Part shown: positions 49,379 to 57,587 of the stretch, piece after piece
How positions within the stretch are numbered: the stretch's first letter is position 1
How the letters are laid out: the number at the start of each line of letters is the position of its first letter
Assembly (NCBI GenBank): GCA_964531375.1
Contig: CAZHDO010000001.1
Coordinates: forward strand, 96,879 to 160,878
Reading direction: 5' to 3'
Source: an uncultured Candidatus Saccharibacteria bacterium
GTDB lineage: Bacteria > Patescibacteriota > Minisyncoccia > Phycocordibacterales > UBA12445
DNA: 64,000 nt
Notes under the pieces: generated by a model
Database searches by the model: none
The model's input: the letters and a program-made list of their open reading frames with translations, nothing else
What the model was told of the DNA's origin: nothing
Position numbers and translations under genes: made by a program

Positions 49379-49412
49379 AAGGGTGATGTCCTAACCATTA
49401 GACGATAAGGCC
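49338..49412 (-). tRNA. tRNA-Glu (anticodon TTC), CCA encoded
   Basis: rc: GGCCTTATCGTCTAATGGTTAGGACATCACCCTTTCACGGTGGAAATCGGGGTTCGAATCCCCGTAGGGTCACCA. The acceptor has two G-U pairs. Confidence 0.8.
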
Positions 49413-49487
49413 GTTTGTATTTAAAATACAAAACTAATATAACATTATTTTGAAAAAATGCAAAAAGTGTGGTAGTTTTTAGGTACT

Positions 49488-49574
49488 GGAGGCGTGGGTG
49501 AGTGGTTGAAATCACCGCATTCGAAACGCGGCAGACCTTAACGGGTCTCGGAGGTTCAAATCCTCCCGCCTCCG
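49488..49574 (+). tRNA. tRNA-Ser (anticodon CGA), type II; CCA not encoded
   Basis: Acceptor GGAGGCG/CGCCTCC, anticodon loop TTCGAAA, long variable arm AGACC..GGTCT, T-arm GGAGG-TTCAAAT-CCTCC, discriminator G. Confidence 0.75.
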
Positions 49575-49860
49575 TAAATGGCCCACTTAAATTTGAAAAC
49601 ATTTAAGTGGTTCGCCATTTTAAGAGGCGAGAGGATTTGAAGGACGGAGTCGGGCCCCTTTCTGCAAGAAAGGGAGACGAGTCGGGGTCGAACAAAATTT
49701 TCGTAGAAAATTTATGTGTGACCAAATCCTCCCGCCTCCGCAGGAGTTTGAAAGCAATTTTAAATTGCTTTCAAAAAGAGGATTTGAAGCCTGATTGAGC
49801 ATTTTTTGTCTGTAAGATTCAAATCCTCCACTGGTGGTTTTGAAAGTTAACAGTAAAATT
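49575..49860 (+). repeat. tRNA-3'-linked modules (hairpin, A-type, hairpin, C-type) downstream of tRNA-Ser(CGA)
   Basis: Hairpin CCACTTAAAT...ATTTAAGTGG. Then GAGGATTTGAA (rc of the T-arm), GGACGGAGTCGGGCCCCTTTCTGCAAGAAAGGGAGACGAGTCGGGGTCG...GTGTGACC, then CAAATCCTCCCGCCTCCG, a direct 3' copy. Then hairpin GAAAGCAATTTTAAATTGCTTTC. Then GAGGATTTGAAGCCTGATTGAGCATTTTTTG...ATTCAAATCCTCC. Confidence 0.85.
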
Positions 49861-49927
49861 CTTATTTTGCAGTATGTTCTAAAAAAGAAATTATCAAAAA
49901 TTATTGAATCATAAAGCAGTTTGAATT

Positions 49928-50797
49928 ATGGAAAAAATCGAATCACAACAAAAGCATAAAGAATCAATAAAGATCTCTGAAAAGGCGGATTATAAAGAAG
50001 TTTTGGATGGTGCAGAAAAAATTGCCAATATTGAAAAAATACCCCAAGGTCATTTTGAATTAATTGATATCGATAAAGAAACTGAACTTTTTTACTCATT
50101 TATGAAAAGGGGAAGATTTTCCTCTGCTTTTGATAAGATGTATCCGGGATTACGAGTAATACAAGAAGAATGCAAAGATAAGGATGAGTGCACAAAAAGG
50201 TATAGAAAATTTCTTGAAGATTTGCGAATCACCAAAGAGGAAGAAATGTTGGTTGCAAGGGAACAGATTGAATCTGAATGGAAAAAAATAGAAGTAGTTT
50301 TTTTAAAGACACTGTCAGAACATTTTGAAACCGAGTGGCCGGGGGATAAGCCAAATATCGTTGGCTATGTCTCAAATTTACCAATTTTTCCAAGATTTTT
50401 AGATAATTATCAGTTTTGTGTTGGTTATAAAAAAATATCTGATTCAATAGAAACTTCAGCCCATGAAATAGTTCATTTCCTTTGGTTTAAAAAGTGGAAA
50501 GAAGTTTTTCCTGAAATTGAGCGGAAAGAATACGAGGTTCCCCATTTGGCGTGGCGCTTAAGTGAGATTATGGATCCTATTATTTTACAGTGTCATCCTA
50601 AGATTAAAGAAATAATCAAGCCAAAAAGGTGGGGGTATACATCTTTTGAAAGCATTAAAATTGGTGATGTGGGTATGGTAGATTTTTTTAAAAAGATATA
50701 TCTGGATTGTATTAATTCTGGTGATAATTTTGAAACCATTTTGAAAAAGCTTTGGGATGAGGCTAAAAAACATGAAAAAGAGATTAGTGTATTTTAA
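49928..50797 (+). CDS. hypothetical protein with HExxH motif (putative zinc-dependent hydrolase)
   Basis: SAHEIVHFLW contains HEIVH. Confidence 0.4.
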   Translation: MEKIESQQKHKESIKISEKADYKEVLDGAEKIANIEKIPQGHFELIDIDKETELFYSFMKRGRFSSAFDKMYPGLRVIQEECKDKDECTKRYRKFLEDLRITKEEEMLVAREQIESEWKKIEVVFLKTLSEHFETEWPGDKPNIVGYVSNLPIFPRFLDNYQFCVGYKKISDSIETSAHEIVHFLWFKKWKEVFPEIERKEYEVPHLAWRLSEIMDPIILQCHPKIKEIIKPKRWGYTSFESIKIGDVGMVDFFKKIYLDCINSGDNFETILKKLWDEAKKHEKEISVF

Positions 50798-50808
50798 TAA
50801 TAATTTTT

Positions 50809-51264
50809 ATGAATGACAAACATTTTTTACAAATAGCGATTTCTAAGGCAGGAGAATCGGTTTCTTTGGGTGGTTTTCCTGCTGGTGCGATTCTTGTTAA
50901 AGATGGCCAGATTATTGGAGAGGGTGTGAGTGTCGGCAATAAATTAAATGATCCTACGAGCCATGGTGAAATGGTTTCAATAAGAGAGGCTTGTAAAAAA
51001 CTAAAAACGACGGAACTTTCTGGTTCTGTTTTGTATTCCTCAATGCAACCATGTTTGATGTGTTTGGGTGCGTCTATGTGGGGTTCTGTTTCAAAAATTA
51101 TTTACGCTTGTTCAAAAGAAAAAGTTGATGTTGGTTATTATGGCGGGGAATACCTTGCTTCTGAAATAAACTCAAAATTAATACGCCCTATTGAATTAAT
51201 TCATTTTGCAGAATTAGAAGAAGAATCTTTGAAGATTGTTCGAGGTTGGGAGAAAACTTTGTAA
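50809..51264 (+). CDS. CMP/dCMP-type nucleoside deaminase (TadA/guanine deaminase-like)
   Basis: HGEMVSIREA (H-x-E) and PCLMCLGA (PCxxC) zinc-binding motifs. Confidence 0.8.
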   Translation: MNDKHFLQIAISKAGESVSLGGFPAGAILVKDGQIIGEGVSVGNKLNDPTSHGEMVSIREACKKLKTTELSGSVLYSSMQPCLMCLGASMWGSVSKIIYACSKEKVDVGYYGGEYLASEINSKLIRPIELIHFAELEEESLKIVRGWEKTL

Positions 51265-51274
51265 GTTTTTTTTA

Positions 51275-52774
51275 TTAAACTTTGTGCGCTTTTAGGTAAT
51301 TGCGTATAACAGACATAAACATTTCTCCGAACCTTGAAAGTTTTTGATTTCCGACACCGTTGATGTCCAAAAAGGCTTTTGAGGTTTGCGGGAGACTGGT
51401 AGACATCTCACGGAGTGATTTGTCTCCAAAAATAATATAAGGAGGGACTTTTAATCTTTTGGCCTCCTGTGTTCTTATTGTTCTTAATTCTTCAAATAGC
51501 TCAGCGTTAAATGTTTTTGCGCCGGAGACAGAGCGGGTGGTTTTTGGTTTTATAATCTTTAGGCTTATTTGATTTATATTTAACGGAGTTTGTGCGACAC
51601 ATCCATCACAGTTTCCGCAGTTTGTTTGTTCCCATACTTCGTTAAAATATTGAAGTAAGAATTGGCGACGGCACCCATGCAGATTTCCGTAAGAGATAAC
51701 GTGTTCTAGCTTTTCTTGTGCCTTTTCTTTTTCTATTTCACTTGGCATATTACGTATAAAATAGTCATGCTTGAATTTATCGGCATAAGAAAAGAATAAA
51801 GCACATCTTGATGGAAGACCGTCTCGTCCAGCGCGACCGGTTTCTTGATAGTATCCTTCTATTGATTTAGGTAGGCTATGGTGTATTACAAGTCGCACGT
51901 CTGGTTTATTGATTCCCATTCCAAAAGCGATAGTCGCGACCATAATATTGATTTCGTCTCTAATAAAACGCTCTTGATTGTCTTTTCTTTTTTCTGTAGG
52001 CAGGCCAGCGTGATAGGCGGCGGCTTTTAATCCGTATTTTTTCAGATCAATAACTAGTTTTTCCGTATCACTACGCGAGAAACAGTATATAATTACACTT
52101 TCATTTTTATATTCACTAAGAAGCGCTAGTATTGATTTTAAAGAATCTTTTTTGGGTAAAACTTCATAACTTAAATTAGGACGATTAAAGCTTGAAATAA
52201 AAGTTTTTGAGTTTTTTATATTCAGTTGTTTAATAATATCTTCTCGAACTTTTGGTGTTGCTGTTGCGGTAAGTGCAATTATCGGAATTAAAGGGAATTT
52301 TTTTCTTAACATTTTTAAGTTTCTGTAGTCAGGTCTAAAATCATGACCCCACTCAGAAATACAATGTGCTTCATCAATAGCAAATAAACTTATTTTCAAA
52401 GTATTTAAAAAATCTTCAAATCCTGGAACGCTAAGCCTCTCTGGTGCCAGGTAGAGTATTTTTACTTTCCCATCTTTGATTCTGTTTGTTACGTCAGTAA
52501 TTTCGTCTGAGGTTAGTGTGCTGTTTATTAGCTCGGCTGTGATACCGTTTGCGCATAAAGCGTCGACTTGATCTTTCATAAGGGAAATAAGTGGAGAAAT
52601 GACGATTGTTATGCCAGGAAGTACAAGGGCGGGGAGTTGGAAGCAGAGCGATTTTCCTCCCCCTGTAGGCATCAAAACAACGCAATCTTCGCCTTTTAAT
52701 ACCAGCCCTATAATTTCTTCTTGGAGCGGTCTAAATTCATCATAACCAAAATGTTTTTTGAGTAGTTTTTTCAT
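51275..52774 (-). CDS. recQ: ATP-dependent DNA helicase RecQ (no HRDC extension)
   Basis: Walker A MPTGGGKSLCFQLPAL and DEAH box IDEAHCISEWGHDFRPDY. RecQ-Ct zinc-binding Cys cluster CGNCDGC. Confidence 0.85.
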   Translation of the reverse strand: MKKLLKKHFGYDEFRPLQEEIIGLVLKGEDCVVLMPTGGGKSLCFQLPALVLPGITIVISPLISLMKDQVDALCANGITAELINSTLTSDEITDVTNRIKDGKVKILYLAPERLSVPGFEDFLNTLKISLFAIDEAHCISEWGHDFRPDYRNLKMLRKKFPLIPIIALTATATPKVREDIIKQLNIKNSKTFISSFNRPNLSYEVLPKKDSLKSILALLSEYKNESVIIYCFSRSDTEKLVIDLKKYGLKAAAYHAGLPTEKRKDNQERFIRDEINIMVATIAFGMGINKPDVRLVIHHSLPKSIEGYYQETGRAGRDGLPSRCALFFSYADKFKHDYFIRNMPSEIEKEKAQEKLEHVISYGNLHGCRRQFLLQYFNEVWEQTNCGNCDGCVAQTPLNINQISLKIIKPKTTRSVSGAKTFNAELFEELRTIRTQEAKRLKVPPYIIFGDKSLREMSTSLPQTSKAFLDINGVGNQKLSRFGEMFMSVIRNYLKAHKV

Positions 52775-52915
52775 TGATAAAGACTGCCGGTGTTATTTTC
52801 TTATAAGATAATTTTATATAATCATACATCTTTAAATTAATTTATACTAAAGGTTATTTTGCACACCAAACAAAAAACACCAAATTTTTGTTTGGTGTTT
52901 TTTGTTGATCAATTA

Positions 52916-54160
52916 TTATTTTGATTTTCTTCTTAAGAATGCTGGGACTGAAGACCATTTATCATCATCAGTATCAACTTCTTCGTCCTTGTCTTCTTCT
53001 GGTTCTTTTGGTTCAACCACTTTCTCTCTTTCTCGAACGGGTTCTTCTCTCTTTGGGGTTGGTTTGTGTTCGATAATTGGCCTAACTGGTTCTTTGTATT
53101 CAACAACTCTTGGTTGTTCTACTACTCGCACAGGTTCAGTTCTTGATTCAGAAGCAAAGGGTCTTGGGTCTGCAATTCTTTCTCTTGTGGCAACTGTTCT
53201 TTTGTCTGTTGAGAAACCTGTGGCAATAACTGTAACTTTTATTTCATCCTTCTTTAGTTTAGGATCTCGAATGGCTCCGAAAATAACTTTTGCATCTGGG
53301 TCAATCGATTCTGTAATTACTTTTGCAGCTTCTTGGATTTCAAACATTGTCATATCATCACCTCCCGCAATTGCAAACAAAACACCATGAGCACCTTCGA
53401 TTGATATATCTAGAAGAGGGGAATTGATAGCGGCTTTTGCAGCTTCTTCTGCTCTATTTTCTCCAGAAGCAGAACCTACACCCATTAATGCTGAACCTGC
53501 ATTTTGCATAACAGCTTTTATATCTGCGAAGTCGACATTGATGATACCAGGAGTTGTGATTAAATCTGAAATACCCTCAACAGCTTGTCTTAATATTTCA
53601 TCACACATCGCAAAAGCTGAAAGACAGGATGTGGATTTATCGATAATGCTAAGTAGTCTGTCGTTTGGAATTACAATAAGAGCGTCAACTTCATTTCTGA
53701 GCCTTTCTAGTCCTTCGTTGGCCAATCTCATTCTCTGTGCCCCTTCAAAAAAGAAAGGCTTGGTAACCACACCAACGGTGAGAGAACCTTGCTCTTTAGC
53801 TGTTTTAGCGATAATAGGGGCAGCTCCTGTACCTGTTCCACCACCCATTCCACAAGCGATAAACACCATATCAGCGCCTTTAGTAACACCCTGAACCTCT
53901 TCGATGGTCTCTTCGGCTGCTCTTTTGCCAATTTCAGGATTCATTCCTGTGCCTAGTCCACGGGTTAGATTCTTACCGATGTGAATTTTTTTAGAAGCTA
54001 GCGATTTGTGGAGATCTTGAGCATCTGTGTTCATTGCAACGAACTCAACGCCACCAATCTTGGAATTAACCATATGATTTATAGCATTGCCCCCGGATCC
54101 TCCAACTCCAATTACCTTAATTCTTGCAAAAGACTCAATCTCGGGATTAATTTTTGGCAT
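52916..54160 (-). CDS. ftsZ: cell division protein FtsZ
   Basis: Tubulin signature GGGTGTGAAPIIA. Acidic C-terminal tail. Confidence 0.9.
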   Translation of the reverse strand: MPKINPEIESFARIKVIGVGGSGGNAINHMVNSKIGGVEFVAMNTDAQDLHKSLASKKIHIGKNLTRGLGTGMNPEIGKRAAEETIEEVQGVTKGADMVFIACGMGGGTGTGAAPIIAKTAKEQGSLTVGVVTKPFFFEGAQRMRLANEGLERLRNEVDALIVIPNDRLLSIIDKSTSCLSAFAMCDEILRQAVEGISDLITTPGIINVDFADIKAVMQNAGSALMGVGSASGENRAEEAAKAAINSPLLDISIEGAHGVLFAIAGGDDMTMFEIQEAAKVITESIDPDAKVIFGAIRDPKLKKDEIKVTVIATGFSTDKRTVATRERIADPRPFASESRTEPVRVVEQPRVVEYKEPVRPIIEHKPTPKREEPVREREKVVEPKEPEEDKDEEVDTDDDKWSSVPAFLRRKSK

Positions 54161-54224
54161 AGCTTTAATATAGGTTAATAATTTAACTTTTGTTTTAATG
54201 AATTAATAATAGCAGAACGCAAAA

Positions 54225-55430
54225 TTAAGGCAAGAATTGTTGAGAAAGTTGGTGGAGAGACCTTTTTATTCTTTTTATGAAATTTTTGAAAGAAGAACCA
54301 CTGCTACTTTCTCCTTTTGATTCGTCGAATAAAGTACAGAGGCCATATGCTACAGCCCAAGAAGAATCGATGACTTTTTTATTTACAATTCCATCACCAG
54401 ACATTTGTGTTGGATAAGAAACCACCGGCACTACAAGTGAGGAGGCGTGAGCTGGTAGGTCTAAATATTCTTTTGCAAAACTATCAATTGTTTCCAAATT
54501 TGCACCACCTCCGATAATTATTGCACCTGCTGGCAATAAACTATTTTTACCAATTTTTTTTAAATGAGATTGTACTAGCTCGAAGATATCAGAAAGTCTT
54601 GCGTTAATTATTTCGTCGAGTTTTTTCTTTGTTGAACCAATATCTCTTCTTTGGACTTTTAAGAGTTCAGCCTCTTCAAGCGGAATTCTAAAACCAAGGG
54701 CAATGTCATTTGTAATATCGGTTGAGCCAAGCGGGAAAACTTCAAGCGAGATAGGAATACCATCTTCAAAGACCGCCAGTGAGACCGTTTCTGCCCCAAC
54801 ATCAACAAGTACTGAACCTGCTGTTTTTTGGATTTTTGTAAGTGTAATATAACTTGCTGCGATGGGGGAAGCTGTCACTCCTTCTAGCATTATTCCTGCA
54901 TTTTCAATTGCGCTAATTAAAGAGAGTCTATGTTGTTCAAGACATGAAATGAAAAGAGTTTTTACTTCAAGAGTGCTACCTTTCATTCCGATTGGAGTTC
55001 CAAGCGTTTTTTTGCCATCAACTTTAAAGTAGACAGAATAATTTTGTAAAATAAATTTGTTTGCAGATTTTTTTAAATTGGACTCGCTTGCTTCAATTAC
55101 TTTTTTAATATCTTCTTCTTTTATTTCTTTATCCTCACTGATTATTTCGATAGATCCATGAGCAATAGAAGATTCCAAACTGACCCCACCTATTCCAGCT
55201 TGCGCATATTCAATTTTTGTTTTAGAAATTTTTTCAGCATCCGCAACTGCTTCTTTTATTGATTTTGTGACCTCATCGATGTTTGTAATGTAGCCATGTC
55301 TGACACCTTTTGACTTTTTATTTATCATAGCCAAAATGCGGGGGAGCTCTTCTCCCTTTATGCATTCTGACATCACAATCCTAATAGATGATGTGCCTAC
55401 GTCTATTCCTGTGGTTATTATTCTATTCAC
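54225..55430 (-). CDS. ftsA: cell division protein FtsA
   Basis: Actin-fold ATPase segments (GIDVGTSSIRIV, DVGAETVSLAVF). Position immediately upstream of ftsZ. Confidence 0.85.
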   Translation of the reverse strand: MNRIITTGIDVGTSSIRIVMSECIKGEELPRILAMINKKSKGVRHGYITNIDEVTKSIKEAVADAEKISKTKIEYAQAGIGGVSLESSIAHGSIEIISEDKEIKEEDIKKVIEASESNLKKSANKFILQNYSVYFKVDGKKTLGTPIGMKGSTLEVKTLFISCLEQHRLSLISAIENAGIMLEGVTASPIAASYITLTKIQKTAGSVLVDVGAETVSLAVFEDGIPISLEVFPLGSTDITNDIALGFRIPLEEAELLKVQRRDIGSTKKKLDEIINARLSDIFELVQSHLKKIGKNSLLPAGAIIIGGGANLETIDSFAKEYLDLPAHASSLVVPVVSYPTQMSGDGIVNKKVIDSSWAVAYGLCTLFDESKGESSSGSSFKNFIKRIKRSLHQLSQQFLP

Positions 55431-55469
55431 GCTTAGTGAGTAGGGGTTATTATTAAAGAAGAAGGAAAG

Positions 55470-55841
55470 TTAAGAGAAATTTTTTCTTATTCTTTCTTCC
55501 TCTTCCTCCATTTTACTACCATGATCGAAACCTTTCAAATGAGTTATCCCATGTATGAATAAATATTTGAAATATTCCTGAAAAGTTTCATTAATTTTAT
55601 TTGCTTCAGCCTTTGCGATTAGTGGACAAATAAAAATTTCTCCTTCTGTTTTTGTAAGAGGGAAGCTTAATATATTTGTAGCTTTGTCTTTTTGTCTATA
55701 TTTAAAGTTTAGATTTCTTATGAATTTTTTGCCGACAAAAACTAGGCTTAATTCATAATTTTCCCCTAAAGCAAAATCGGCTAATTTTTCATAGCCGATT
55801 TTTAAAATATCTGAACGTGTTTTATTTCTTATGAGCACCAT
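55470..55841 (-). CDS. ybeY: rRNA maturation RNase YbeY
   Basis: HGITHLKGFDH metal-binding H-x3-H-x5-H motif. Confidence 0.85.
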   Translation of the reverse strand: MVLIRNKTRSDILKIGYEKLADFALGENYELSLVFVGKKFIRNLNFKYRQKDKATNILSFPLTKTEGEIFICPLIAKAEANKINETFQEYFKYLFIHGITHLKGFDHGSKMEEEEERIRKNFS

Positions 55842-56073
55842 TTCTAGGAGTGTCTTTAATTTTTCCTAACTTCTTTAGTTTTTCAATTTCTTCTCTGTTT
55901 TTAATTCTCTTAAGAGTCGCCATTTTCTTCTTGTAGTAAGAAAGTTTTCTCTCGTTATATCGCAAGCTTTTTGCTCGTCTGATAACACCAGATTCTTGAA
56001 CTCTTTTTGTAAACCTTCTTATAAGGCTTGTCGGGCTTTCGCTATTAGTTTTTGTTACTTGAATTAATATCAT
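55822..56073 (-). CDS. rpsU: 30S ribosomal protein S21
   Basis: SLIRRFTKRVQESGVIRRAKSLRYNERK follows the S21 pattern. Confidence 0.65.
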   Translation of the reverse strand: MILIQVTKTNSESPTSLIRRFTKRVQESGVIRRAKSLRYNERKLSYYKKKMATLKRIKNREEIEKLKKLGKIKDTPRNGAHKK

Positions 56074-56129
56074 ATATGGCGATTAGGTTAACATATTGTT
56101 GTTTTTTATGCAACCTTTATTTTTGTAAT

Positions 56130-57533
56130 TTACTTAAGTTTCTTGATATATTCTGTTAATTTGTCTAGTTTTATTTCCTCTTGGGACCTGTCGTCCATAT
56201 TTCTTACAATTACGGTTCCATCCATAACTTCTTTTTGTCCAAGAAGAATAGCATAAGGAATTTGTAGTTTTTCAGCGGTCGCTAATTGAGAAGATAGGCT
56301 GTCTTTGCTTAGCGAGTGCATTACCCCAACCTTTGCCTTTCTTAATATTTCGATTATCGATAAGCTTTTTAGTTTTGCGCTAAATCCTAATTGTATAAAG
56401 AAGAATTTTGGTTTTTTAATAATTCTAGGCATTACCGGGTCAAATCCTTTTGCCATTATTACTCGATCTACTCCAATTCCAAATCCAACCGCGGGAACAT
56501 CTTTTTTGTTTCCAAGAGCTTTTGCGAGGTAGTCATATCTTCCACCGCCACCAAGAGCCAGAGATGTAAATTCTCTTGAGTCATCCTCAAGTCCTAATTT
56601 CATTGTGGCAGTATCAACTTCTTCTTCGACGCATTCTTCTGTTTTTTCTTCGAGTGGTTTTTCGGTATTTTGTTTTGTATTTTCAACTTTTGAAATAACC
56701 TCAAACACTGTTCTTGTGTAATAATCCAAACCTCTTACAAGATTATTGTTGATAGTGTATTCGATTCCAAGAAATTCTAAATACTCGAGAACTTCTTTAA
56801 AGTGTATTTTGCATGGATCACAAAGGAAGCTAACTGATTGTGGTGCTTTTTCCTTTACTGGTTGGCATTTTGGATCTTTACAGTCGAGGAGCCTAAGGGG
56901 GTTTGTTTTAATTCTCAATTTACAGTCTTTGCAGATTTCGCTTGTGTGTTTTTTGTAGTAATTAAGGAGGTCTCTTCTGTATGAGCCTCTGCAAGATTTA
57001 TCACCAATACTGTTTATTTGGACAGAAAGATTTTTTAATCCAGCTTCCTCGAACATTGTCACAGCTGCCTTTATTATAATTGCGTCCGCAATACTTTTCT
57101 CTGTTCCAAGAATTTCTAGTCCAAACTGGCGTAATTCTCTAAATCTGCCACGTTGTGGTTTTTCGTGTCTAAAAAATGGGCCATAATAATAGAGCATTAC
57201 GGGTTGTGGCCAGCTCTGCATTCCGTGTTCGATGTATGCGCGAACTACTCCGGCGGTGCCTTCTGGTCTTAGTGTGAGTTGGTCGCCACCTTTTGTTTTA
57301 AGAGAAAACATTTCCTTCTCAACAATATCTGTATCTGTTCCTATTCCAGAAGTGAATAGGGAAGTATCTTCTAGTACAGGAGTTTCTATTGGCTTGAAAC
57401 CATAATACTCTGCAATTTCTGCGGATTTTTCGTAAAAACCTTGATAGTCGTAGTAATCTTTACCAATTATATCTCTCATTCCCTTTGGCGCCTGTGGTGG
57501 AACTCTTTTGCCTCCTGTTTTCTTTTTTTCCAT
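56130..57533 (-). CDS. hisS: histidine--tRNA ligase with a Cys-rich insertion
   Basis: Class II motif 2 FRHEKPQRGRFRELRQFGLEILG and the HisRS-specific GGGRYD. The insertion carries CKDCK...CKDPKC...CDPCK. Confidence 0.85.
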   Translation of the reverse strand: MEKKKTGGKRVPPQAPKGMRDIIGKDYYDYQGFYEKSAEIAEYYGFKPIETPVLEDTSLFTSGIGTDTDIVEKEMFSLKTKGGDQLTLRPEGTAGVVRAYIEHGMQSWPQPVMLYYYGPFFRHEKPQRGRFRELRQFGLEILGTEKSIADAIIIKAAVTMFEEAGLKNLSVQINSIGDKSCRGSYRRDLLNYYKKHTSEICKDCKLRIKTNPLRLLDCKDPKCQPVKEKAPQSVSFLCDPCKIHFKEVLEYLEFLGIEYTINNNLVRGLDYYTRTVFEVISKVENTKQNTEKPLEEKTEECVEEEVDTATMKLGLEDDSREFTSLALGGGGRYDYLAKALGNKKDVPAVGFGIGVDRVIMAKGFDPVMPRIIKKPKFFFIQLGFSAKLKSLSIIEILRKAKVGVMHSLSKDSLSSQLATAEKLQIPYAILLGQKEVMDGTVIVRNMDDRSQEEIKLDKLTEYIKKLK

Positions 57534-57587
57534 ATCTATATTCTAGCTGACCTATTATAAAATAGGCTTAGTTTTCTGATAATAATC

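Larger units (their letters stand above)
43415..49412. mobile_element. integrated element (rolling-circle Rep plus large serine recombinase) inserted at the tRNA-Glu 3' end
   Basis: The serine recombinase gene's 3' end overlaps tRNA-Glu(-). A 15-bp direct repeat TGACCCTACGGGGAT occurs at 43415-43429 and 49341-49355. Cargo includes the HUH Rep, DUF2726, an XRE pseudogene and a membrane protein. Confidence 0.7.

Noticed and set aside
49775-49800. C-type core CCTGATTGAGCATTTTTTG with a nearby GAAAC (also 43206-43230 minus) looked like a hammerhead ribozyme core (CUGANGA...GAAA).
   Set aside because: There are two nucleotides between A6 and G8 (CUGAUUGA), the stems flanking the motif do not give a three-way junction, and no GUH cleavage-site context is present. 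Not a canonical hammerhead. Other ribozyme classes were not excluded.
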